A program made the position numbers and the translations under genes. A stretch of DNA of 61,610 nucleotides, filler included, from Choristocarpus tenellus KU-1152 (Eukaryota > Protista > Phaeophyceae): assembly GCA_964200185.2 (NCBI GenBank). It is 5 parts of 5 records of this genome, joined end to end, with 100 filler letters (N's around TTAATTAATTAA, not from the genome) between each part and the next. Parts side by side here need not be neighbours in the genome. Positions count along the whole stretch, not along the records: positions 41,487 to 53,582 come from CAXNAD020001977.1; positions 53,683 to 61,610 come from CAXNAD020005381.1; 3 more parts are not named here. One strand, given 5' to 3'. Shown here piece after piece: positions 52,501 through 61,610 of the stretch (within the stretch, counting starts at the first letter, position 1; each line of letters begins with the position of its first letter). The notes under the pieces were generated by a model. It was not told where the DNA came from. It saw nothing but the letters and a program-made list of their open reading frames with translations, and searched no databases.

Positions 52501-53260
52501 CCCCCCCCCCCACCCCCTCCCCCCCCCATTACCCCCCCCTAAAAAAATCAAAAACCAAGACACAAAAAAGCGACAANNNNNNNNNNGACTCGCTTTCCTC
52601 CTTCAACTCCCCTTACCCCCTCACCCCCCTCCCCCCTCTACCCCTGACATCACCTTCTCCTGCAACATTAGCCTCATCATAATAATATCAATACGAAGGA
52701 AGCTAAGATGCTAGAAATCCCAAGGAGCTCCCACCACACTGCAACGGCCACCCTATCAATTCTATTTGTCGCCATCACTATCAATAGAAACCTGCAGCAG
52801 TTATAGATTCAAGTCATAATCTTCTCATTTTTCTACAAGTAGGTTCCCCTTACCATCGCCTTGATACTTGCCTCTTCAACACTGAGAACAACGGCACCAT
52901 ACTCTGCTGCTGTAAAAACATTGTTTCCTTCCCACTGTCTCAGCAGTGCTTCAAGAACCACCTTACGGTGGTTCTTCCTGGCACAGGCCCAGCTCTCTGC
53001 CTCGCTGGGGTAACGGTTGCATATCAATGCTCCGCCCTGTTGAAGCCTTTTGCCTGTACTATGTTCAAGAAGCTCAGGCCGTGTCCGAGCCACGAAGAGT
53101 AGGAAGGCATCGCCCTGTATATAGGCACATGCAGATGTGGTGTGTATATCATTGTGATCTCTTCTGCGATTGTTTGGGTTGAATTGGTCCATGAGCGTGT
53201 ATTCAAAACCAGGCGCACTTCTTGCTCGTGTCTTGCCTGTGGTCTCTTGTTGGCATCTTC
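40521..53260 (-). CDS. Large multi-exon protein of unknown function; in-frame exon chain 52151-52200, 51418-51498, 49712-49785, 48931-49081, 47347-47481, 46353-46759, 45701-45881, 43556-44213, 43190-43245, 42299-42430; further candidate exons near 52855-53260 and a last exon near 40521-40739
   Basis: Ten consecutive GT-AG-bounded blocks have matching splice phases and give about 640 stop-free codons. The gene ends are uncertain, and the candidate last exon lies across a gap. Confidence 0.7.
41235..41386. mobile_element. MITE family B copy, reverse orientation, cut by gap
   Basis: GGCTCAAAGTATCTGGG terminus; the body is the reverse complement of the 5840-6018 type. Confidence 0.85.
41487..41588. 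mobile_element. Right end of a B-like MITE after the gap
   Basis: Ends CCCCCAGATACTTTGACCC followed by TTA. Confidence 0.7.
45070..45330. mobile_element. Diverged MITE family A variant (intronic)
   Basis: GACCCAAAGCGTATAAGAGGGTAG...TTGGGTC; 4-bp TSD TGGT. Confidence 0.85.
45490..45612. mobile_element. Partial MITE family C (one terminus)
   Basis: TGAATGGACACCTGA..CCACCTCTAGGATACTATGG is the reverse complement of the 48541 terminus. Confidence 0.75.
47825..48002. mobile_element. MITE family B copy (intronic)
   Basis: GCCTCAAAGTATATGGGG...CCCCAGATACTCTGAGTC. Confidence 0.87.
48074..48322. mobile_element. MITE family A copy (intronic)
   Basis: GAGTAAAAGCATCTCAGAGGGTAC...CTAAGATACTTTGACTC; flanks ACA/ATA. 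Confidence 0.9.
48541..48816. mobile_element. MITE family C, full-length copy (intronic)
   Basis: TIRs GGCCCATAGTACCCTAGAGGGG / CCCCTCTAGGATACCATGGGCC; perfect 4-bp TSD TCAA. Confidence 0.9.
49401..49659. mobile_element. MITE family A copy (intronic, well preserved, 259 bp)
   Basis: GAGTCAAAGTATCTTAGAGGGTA / TACCCTCTGAGATACTTTCACTC; 3-bp TSD ATT; central palindrome at about 49541-49582. Confidence 0.95.
50143..50544. mobile_element. Tourist-like (PIF/Harbinger) fold-back MITE, about 400 bp
   Basis: TAA|GGCCATCTCTTACAGGC...GCCTATAGGAGACGGGC|TAA, with imperfect inverted arms of about 170-185 bp. Confidence 0.8.
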
Positions 53261-53397
53261 AACCTAACCCTACATTTATCCTTCCCTAACCCTAAGGATA
53301 CTGTGTCCCTGGGTGGGGAATTTCCAGGTCATAGTAGGTTTTTTCAAGTTCACAACAATAGCGTTCTGTCTCCAATCAGTACATAAAACGTTTTTAG

Positions 53398-53582
53398 AAG
53401 TGAAAGTATCTTAGAGGGTACGAGTTTTGCCCTGTTTGTCCATTTGGGGCTTGGCTTCCCATGTTTTTTTTATGACATTTTCCTACTCAAAAATGTTTAG
53501 GAGTAGGTAAAATGTATACGTTATGAAAGGTGGGTCCGAAACAAAGATATTGACACTTCCTAACAAACACGATAGCCAAAAT
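53398..53582. mobile_element. MITE family A copy cut by gap
   Basis: AAGTGAAAGTATCTTAGAGGGTACGAG... running into Ns. Confidence 0.9.
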
Positions 53583-53816
53583 NNNNNNNNNNNNNNNNNN
53601 NNNNNNNNNNNNNNNNNNNNNNNNNNTTAATTAATTAANNNNNNNNNNNNNNNNNNNNNNNNNNNNNNNNNNNNNNNNNNNNGGGAGACCTTTGCCCCAG
53701 GTTTCCCCTCTTCCCCCCCCCCCCAAAAAAATGCCAGATGGTTGGGTCCCTCCATATCTTCTCCTGTTTGCAGTGTATGGACCCCCGTCCAATGATGTGC
53801 TACAAGACTTGGACAT

Positions 53817-54338
53817 ATGAGTGTGAGTAAGGGACCCCCACAAGAAGGGTCCACATCCTGTGACTTCAGCAAGAATGGGGGGGAAGTGGAGCCCTCTTCA
53901 ATGGAGGATGTGGAGGCAATGAGGAGGTTCAGGCTAGCAGCAAACCCAGGACCGAGGAGTCGACAGCAGTTACGGAGGGCTGCTGAGGAGGACTTGGAGT
54001 TGGAAGCAGAGTTAAGGAAAAAAAATAGGATGGACGACCACATTATTAGTGCACTCGTATCCACATTGGATGATGTGTCTAGAGACATGAGGAGACATAT
54101 AGAAATCATGGAAGAAAAGGCTACTAATACGGAAGATAGGAAGAAAAGGATGGAAGATAGGCGCAAATTTGACGGAATGCTCAAGAACGCTAAGCAAGCT
54201 TGGCGGACCTTTGAGAAGAGTGGTGATACTGTTCGGACAGAGTTCTGTAGGAAATGGTATGAGGAACTGGTGGCAGTAAGGTTGAACGAGAATATCAGTG
54301 GTGGTGGGGTGATGTTCGCAGTGGTGGGACAGTGGTGA
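53817..54338 (+). CDS. Charged, coiled-coil-like ORF; probable 3' part of the Harbinger accessory (ORF2) gene
   Basis: 173-aa ORF convergent with the Harbinger transposase. No Myb/SANT domain is visible (it would lie in or before the gap); the assignment is positional. Confidence 0.45.
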   Translation: MSVSKGPPQEGSTSCDFSKNGGEVEPSSMEDVEAMRRFRLAANPGPRSRQQLRRAAEEDLELEAELRKKNRMDDHIISALVSTLDDVSRDMRRHIEIMEEKATNTEDRKKRMEDRRKFDGMLKNAKQAWRTFEKSGDTVRTEFCRKWYEELVAVRLNENISGGGVMFAVVGQW

Positions 54339-54367
54339 AGGGGGACTCAGGGAATTTGGAGTCAGAT

Positions 54368-54529
54368 AGTGGCGAAGGGGAGGTTGACTTGGGGGCTTTG
54401 GGAACAAGCAGTGGCGAGGGGGGAGTTGACTTGGGGGCTTTGGGAACAAGCAGTGGCGAGGGGGGAGTTGACTTGGGGGCTTTGGGAACAAGCAGTGGCG
54501 AAGGGGGGGTTGACTTGCGGAATAAGTTG
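54368..54529. repeat. 42-bp minisatellite, about 3.8 copies
   Basis: Unit AGTGGCGA(A/G)GGGG..GTTGACTTGGGGGCTTTGGGAACAAGC. Confidence 0.95.
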
Positions 54530-55185
54530 NNNNNNNNNNGGGAGGGGGGGGGGGGGGGGAGGGGGGGGGGGGAGCAGGGGGCCCAGAGAGTGGCGGGGGG
54601 GGGGTTGACTTGCGGAATCAGTTGTGACAACACAGCTGTCGGTGTAGTGCTCAGTAGCCTTTTACAGTGGTGCCATGCATGTAGGTGTACCATCATCACA
54701 CTGGACGGCATTGACAAATCTTTGTTTAATTTGAGGTAATTTTTATTAATGGAATATATTTTTGTCTCAAGTCCTCTTATCTTGAGCTTCTGATGATGCA
54801 TATCCAAACAAAGCTGTCAACCCTGATCTTGTATCATGACCTTGAGCAAGGTTAAAGTAATGATGGTGATCCCAGCGCTCTTCAGAAGGTTGGTTAGGGT
54901 ATAATATTATCCACTACTCAGAACGAAGTGAGCTGCTCTTGTCCATGAGGACAATCTTTCCCTAAATACATTGTCAACAACCAGTGGCAACTAATTCTTC
55001 CTTTTGACTGTTGACTCTCAATCACTCTCTACATTGTTCTGAAAAAGACTCTTTGTCCTGTATTACTTCTTCCTACCTCTTCTTGTATGTACTTAACAAA
55101 AGTTAAATACCATTTGTGCCATTCACTACCACATAAAGTGTCAATAGCGCAAAATGTAAAGCACTGTTTGACAAGCAAGATCCTA

Positions 55186-56845
55186 TTATATCAGGACTTC
55201 ATCCAAACAACCTCTCCGTTTTCTTTCCTTGTACTTGTGGTGTGCTATGAGTCTATTCCTAAGCTCATCAAATCCCATCTCCCTCTCCACATACTCTTCA
55301 GACCCCCCTCCCCCCTGGTCCCTTGGCATGCCCGTCCGTGTGAAATCAGTGTAAGGGTCACTGTAGAAGGCATCATGCAGACCAGCATCCCCTGTCCAGT
55401 CAGTGCTGCTCTCCAACTCTCCAAGGCCATCATATGAATGGAGCATATCTTGCAATATGCAGCAAGTGAAGAATATGTTTCCTGTCTTCTTCCTTTCCAA
55501 ATATAGTAGTGGCAGCTTGAGAATTCTCAAGCGGCCCTTGACTCTGCCAAAAAGCACTCGACACCCTTGCGTACACTCTCCACTCGTTCACTCCACCTTG
55601 CCTGTGCCTGTGTGACAGATGCCCTCAGGGGGCATATTGTGCACCTCCACTGCAAATGCAAAGATCGGGTTGGGGAAAAGAATGTTGACTTGCTAGTTTG
55701 GTGCGCACTCATTTTCACAAGCTGTACAGTCACGTTTTTCCTGTTGCCTTGTGGTAGCCCCCATCGACAAGGACATAGGCCCCCCTTTCTCAGAGTAACA
55801 GTTCCCCACAGAATCATTGACGTTGTACTCAAGACGTCTGTATGTGGGATCATTCCCAAATTTCTGGATAGCACCATCATATCGAATGATTGTCTTCTCA
55901 TTCTTGGCTCCAGGAAACCCAGCCATCATTCCCCGTGCAAATCCAGTATGGTCAATGGTCACTTCATAGGCGACCGCCGCATAGCCCTCCTTACCGATGT
56001 AATATGGGGCATCACCAATGGGCGCCCTCTACCACCGCACATGTGTCACATCAGTGGAACCCACAGCACCAGGAAACCCTACAGCTCCATAAGTGCGCAT
56101 GACCTCCCCCAAATCTTCGCCCTCTGGTAGATAAATCCACTTCGAGTACATATCACGCGCAAAACATTCACAGAAGCGGTGAAACGTGTTTTGTGCTGTG
56201 CTCTCAGATATACCGTAAAGTTGCTTGATGTCATCAAAGCAGTTACCCCTGGCGAGGATTTGGAGGACTGATAGCACTTGCAGGCGGCAAGTCACATCCA
56301 GCACTGTTTGACCAAAGGACTGTTGAATCTACGAGCTCTATTGAGGTAGCCCTTTCACACACAAACTCTACGGGCGGGTATGCTCACCTTCAGCTGCACA
56401 GGTATGCCAGGGCGTCCGGTGGCATCTGTGGTTTGACAACCAAGTCAACCCTGCCTTCGTACCTCCTTTACTAAATCTCCACAGAAAACAAATGAGACTC
56501 ACAACCGCCTCCTGAACTTCAGCATCTCCTGTGAAATGACATCTCTCAGATCTCCCTCTCTCCCCAGCATAACTCCCCACGAGCTCGCCATGTAAATGGA
56601 CCGGTCTCGGGGGATGCGAAACCTGTGAAAAAATTGTCGTTCTTTCTCCTCATCCTCCTTATCCATCAAAGCGGAGATGAGCAATATCCCAGTTGCGTTT
56701 ATCCTAGATGATGCCTCCAACATAAAGATTCATCAAAAGATGATGAACTAGAAGACGATCGGGAAGACGATGAACTCAAGGATGATGAACCGGAGGAGGA
56801 TGATGACATTCGGTCTCTCTCACTCTCTTCGTCCATTTTGTCCAT
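55186..56845 (-). pseudogene. PIF/Harbinger-superfamily DDE transposase, frameshifted and with stops
   Basis: SSWGVML...KFRRR N-terminal motif; HTH-like GISESTAQNTFHRFC; GFPGAVGSTDVTHVRW (D1); FPGAKNEKT; YVLVDGGYHK (D2); ESVRKGVEC.FGRVKGRLRIL (E); CCILQDML. Confidence 0.92.
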
Positions 56846-57463
56846 CTTGAACCAGATGTGATATAGGTAATAACTCTGTATCCCCAAGTGCATGGCTACG
56901 AACAACAACAGAGGGCACATCGAAACACCAAGAATTCTGTTCAGATTTGCCTTGAAAATTCGTCACGAATCGTCTGATCCACCTTGTTAACCTGTCCTTG
57001 ACGATCTGTTGTCCCACACAACCAGTTATATTATTGTTTATTAGCTTGTATCACAGTTGAGAAGTGAATGAGATACCATCACTAGGTGGGGCTCACCAAG
57101 CCTTACAGTAAATGACTCAGAATATCAAATGACTCAACAGTTCTCTAATACACGTCAGAAACACTCCGACTCAGCTGATTACTTCTGGTCAACTACCCCG
57201 CCTAAATATCCTTAATGTCCCGCATTATAATCTGTCCATACAGAAAATATTACTTCAAATCATATTCTCACAAATGGTCAACCGTAATCTTGACACACCT
57301 TATCATAAGATTTGCCTCTTTCAGAAATGGGTAAAAAAAGGGAAAAAGCAAACGACAGACCCTTCTTCCATCTTTTGCTGGCTTTTCTCTTTGCTTTGAC
57401 TACATAGATACCTCTTTGTAGAGTCTTCACTATCCCGCACCGCCAAAAACACACTATCTCATT

Positions 57464-59470
57464 ATGTCAGTTAATGGAAGGAAAATGAACGGGGTGGTGG
57501 AGAGTGAGGAGTCAAAAGGAGACATTGAGGCGGACTTGAGAGAGCCTCTATTGGGGCTCAAAGATGAAGAGGGACAGGAAAAGGCTGATGCAGTGGGACC
57601 CGATGACAAGGATCAGCCTCAGATAAAGCCTGCATCCTTGGCAGAGCTTTTCTTATTTGCAGACAAGGTGAGTCCTGCAACCTTAACATGAAACCATGCT
57701 GTACTGTTGTTATTTGCATTTCCCAATCCATTGCACCTTGTAATTTCTTTGACTCTCCCTATAACGCAGCTGTCCAGACGTTCCCGTACACGGCAAATAA
57801 TTGCCTGACCGGATCCCATCTGCTGCAAATTCATGTTTCGCTGAAAGCTTCACACATATTTGAACACATACCTAACATCAACACTCCTCCAGGAAGGGAG
57901 GCAAAGATAGCCGCAACCTCACTCAGATTGCTGGTTAGCCAAGTACAAGGTTGACGCCAAGAGCATACAGCATCTGTGGTTATAAATGAAGTAGCACCTT
58001 GCAGCCTATTATTTCTGTGTTTGGTGGCACAGAGTGTTTCTAAGGTTAGGCAAGTTGAAATTGATTGAAACAAGCGCAACTTGAAGTTCGTTGGGCCCGA
58101 TTCATTTCGTGGCATGTATTGAAGTGTGTGAAGGTAACTTAAAATCGGTTTTACAAGGTCTATATTCCAATGACCCAAGCAGAGACCCACCCGTTGCAGC
58201 GCTTGGCCATTTGCTTAGGAGAGTCCTCATCCACACCATTGTTGTCCAGTCCCCGCAAAGTTTTCTCATGTCTTGTCCTCCTTGGTGCTGCTCTCTCTTG
58301 CTTGCACCTTCAATACATCCTCTCCTTTGCCATCGTTCTTTGTCAAAATAGTGGGACTGGCTCTGTATGATCATTGGAGGCATCGCTGCTGCTGGCGCAG
58401 GAGTGGTGATGCCCCTCTTTTCCATCATCTATGGCGATATTCTCGATGCCTTCTATGGCCCTGATGCTACTCGACAGGTGCATGCGGTGCTACCTAGCTG
58501 CTTGACCTCTATATGGAAGATGGGGTAGGAACGTTTTCCCCAGTATATGTATTGATAGTCCATGCATGCACAAGTAGTGATAGAGGTTCTCCAGAACTTG
58601 CCTTGAGTGTTGATGTTTGCATTCTACCAGTCTTAGTTGCTCTCAAACTGAGCATGCTCTTGGTTGGTGAGGTACTCCACTATTACTCTCCCTCCTCGTT
58701 GTGCCAAATATGTCCTTGGTGCAAATGAAAATGCACTAGGGCTAGGGGTCTGAAGTTGAAATGGGAGTGCGAATATTTGTTTGTTTGCATGTAGGAACCC
58801 TCCTTTGGTTGTGGTGGGGCATGACTGGGAGAAGTCATTTTGACAAGCTTGAAGTTGATCCACACGTTAGAAGCACAGCAATTTTTCTTCTCCGTACATT
58901 GGAGGTCTATGCCACCTATGAACCTCTTTAGCTGTCCAGTATTGGAAACCTCCTTAAGTTTAGGCTCCTTTTTTGCATATTGCATCCTTGTTGTTTCCTT
59001 GCTGTTGATACACACACTCCTTTGCCCACTCCAGGTCAACAAGAATGCACTGTACTTTGTTTATCTGGCAATGACCAGCTTTGTCCTGAATACTGCCATG
59101 AGCACCCTCTTCGCGGTCTCCTCCACCAGACAGGTGCTTGTGTCTGTATTTTGTTTTGGTTTACTTCTGACTCCAATGTGTTCGTTGTCAGGTGTTTGCT
59201 TGTTCTGTCCCATTGTTACCACGGGGTTAATTGTGCAGGTGTCTGTTAAAGAGGACGATGCAGTCATCTTTTTGCAAGAAGGAAAGAAAAGAGTTGATCA
59301 TTCTTCCTCTGACTCCCACCATCATTGCTTCCATCCTTCACACATATATTTGGGATTTTCCTTCCCCTTGACCCATGTGCCTGCTGTGTTTCTCTTTGCT
59401 TGGCGTGTAAGCAGATACGTCAAATGCGCATGGGCTACCTCCGCTCTGCCTTGAGTCAGGAGATCGGCTG
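57464..59470 (+). CDS. ABC transporter subfamily B (MDR/P-glycoprotein-like), 5' part; exons 57464-57667, 58352-58477, 59035-59133, 59415-59470; gene continues downstream
   Basis: Phase-compatible GT-AG exons give LFLFADK-WDWLCMIIGGIAAAGAGVVMPLFSIIYGDILDAF...VSSTRQ-IRQMRMGYLRSALSQEIGW, the canonical ABCB1 TMD1 N-terminus. Confidence 0.93.
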
Positions 59471-59644
59471 GTGAGATCCTAATCATCCATCCACAGAGTC
59501 GTTTAAGAACAGGTTGGGTTGTCGACTTTGATCTTGTCCTGGCCAGGGCAATGTAGACTTGCCTCCACAATACCATGTTTCTATAAACAAAATAAACATA
59601 TATATATATATGTGTGTGTGTGTATTGCAAGCAACTGTACACGG

Positions 59645-59865
59645 TAATTGTGTATTGGTATGTAGTATTGGTGTGTGGTGTTGGTATGTGGTATGGATGT
59701 GTGTGATTGGTAAGTAGTATTAATAAGTAGTATTGATATGTCGTATTGATAAGTAGTATCGGTGTGTGTTAGTGATAAGTAGTATTGATAAGAGTATTGG
59801 TATGTATTATTGATATGTAGTATTGATATGAGTATTGATACGCAGTATTGATGTGTAGTATTGGT
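59645..59865. repeat. Degenerate GTAGTATTGA(TA)-type low-complexity repeat in an intron
   Basis: Direct reading. Simple (TTA)n at about 60443-60485, (TAA)n at about 61294-61325 and TAG/TAC/TAA runs at about 3853-3957 are also present. Confidence 0.8.
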
Positions 59866-60440
59866 AAGATACAGGTGAGGGAGTTTGTGCATTTTGCAAC
59901 TGCTACCATATTTTCCTCTGAGACCCATTTAAAGTTCAATGACCAGGTGCAAGAGTAACTATTTCTTCAACGCTTTCTCCTTACAGTATTTCAGTGAGTG
60001 AGAAAATGTTCCAATGTCAAACTTGGATGTTAAAAGTATATATTTCTCCCCTTCTTTTCAGTGTTACAAGGTGCAGCACTCTACCTTGCTGGCTGATATC
60101 CTGTGCAGTTTGCCAAGTACTCTGGATGATGCAACGCTTTGCTTGTGCAGTCTGTCATTGCCGGCCCTGTCAATGGCAGATGGCTCTTCAGTCATTTCCT
60201 ATGGGTGAAAGAAAGTTGAAATTAGTTTTGCTTTGTCTTTGGCGTGTCTCTTTCAAGTAGTGCTTAGCTCGACCACAATGTATGTTGTTGCGAGTATGCA
60301 TGGGGTTGGTGCACACGCTGTTGTGGTCATTTGCCATCAGGTCTCCTTTGAAGGTCCCGCTGCGGATTCAAGTTCTTAGGACACCGAGATTTTATGTTCG
60401 CTACTTATCAGTGTGCCTCAAGTTGCTTGTAAGTTAGTGC

Positions 60441-60486
<46 letters not shown>

Positions 60487-61610
60487 TCATTTGTATTGCA
60501 CTATGCTGTTGAGTTCGCACCATTTTCATAGGTTCAGGACCCAACCCCAAGATACCACCACCAGAGTACCATGGGCTGTACCGCAACAGTTCATGTACCA
60601 AAGACGATCCACATTTCCCCCTGAGACATCTCATATAAGATAAACCGAGTCTAGGGACTAGTGATTGTGCTTCCTCCTCACCAACTTCGGCATGCACCAG
60701 GAAGACATTAATGTCGCTGCTTGACACACATTTTTGCCTTCTTGTATTGCAAGCAACCCTAATGGAACTGACCAGAAGCAAATACGGTGGTCCTGAGGAG
60801 TTGGTGGCGACAGTGGGCGTTGGACCCTTTGGCCAAGAACGACCTTATGGTCCCTTTCGGGTTTTTTAGATCATTAAAGGCGGTGGCAAGATATGTAGGG
60901 TTTTGTTTTCCTCAATCTGTTGGTGTTAGACTTCGCATACGAAATAGGTAGTTGAGACTGCGGACCTTTTTAGCCTTGAAGGTCGAGCCAAGCCTGCTTT
61001 GCCCATGGATTCTTTTCCCTGTCGATTGTGTCACTGTGCATTTGGTGCTATCACTGCACCTGTTGCTATTCTTCGAAGTACCGGTGCCTGTACTTTTAAG
61101 GTACTGGTAGTTGTATTGTGTAGTACTTCAAGCCCTTGTCCCTTGAAGTGCCTTGAGTACCTGCACTCTGGAGTACTTGTATGCACATGGCCTGAGGGTT
61201 GGAGTTTTGAGTAGGGATGTGATAGTGTAGGGGGTCATTTCTTCAGCGGCCCAGGTAGAGTTTATCGTACTTATCAATACTAAGTATACTAGTAATAATA
61301 ATAATAATAATAACAATAATAATAATGATAATGATATACTTCAAAGTAGTATTCCGTGCTTCGAAGTAATCTACTAAACATCAAGTAAGCGTTCCGCAGG
61401 TTTTTATTCACTCAATGGAGAGACCACATACTACTACGTTCTACATCACTACTACTTGTTTCATTACTACCAGGTAGCACTTGCATATTTGAAGTACTGT
61501 TGTAGGGTCTGTGTCACCCCTGAACAGCCCCTCCCTCCCCCCTCCCCCCCCCAACACACCCCGAAGCAACTCCCAAGTGTCTCGTGAGTAGGAAGACAAA
61601 CTCTTTTTCA

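Noticed and set aside
52447-52620. Direct duplication of GACTCGCTTTCCTCCTTCAACTCCCCTTACCCCC around poly-C
   Set aside because: It flanks a 10-N gap after a homopolymer run, which is typical of a read-end or assembly artefact.
60531-60643. Candidate fifth ABCB exon (AG|G TTC AGG ACC...)
   Set aside because: The phase fits, but the peptide lacks the expected WFD...G.L..R..D pattern and runs into repeat-like sequence.

Overview
Eukaryotic nuclear DNA from a draft assembly. Five contigs are joined by 100-nt N gaps that carry an artificial TTAATTAATTAA linker, so adjacency across gaps is unproven. GT-AG introns, TTAGGG-type telomeric motifs and the retroelement remnants would fit a stramenopile such as a brown alga, but that is inference only. 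Genes I can support: tRNA-Ser(UGA); a complete 4-exon CsgA/C-factor-like SDR; a SAP-domain + RanBP2-zinc-finger gene; a SAM-domain ORF; a minus-strand orphan gene of at least 10 exons; and the first 4 exons of an ABCB/MDR transporter. The rest is largely decayed mobile DNA: non-LTR remnants (RT, CRE-like, RTE-like), copia, hAT, a PIF/Harbinger pseudo-element and a Tourist-like MITE. The most striking pattern is about 23 copies of three to four internally unrelated MITE families. They share one terminal inverted repeat core (GRSYCAWAGTATCY..GGG) and make 3- or 4-bp target duplications. They nest repeatedly into the central palindrome of family A, and 11 copies pile up in 4.6 kb upstream of the tRNA gene. 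I found no unambiguous new protein system; the novel-looking signals are TE biology and decayed or chimeric genes.
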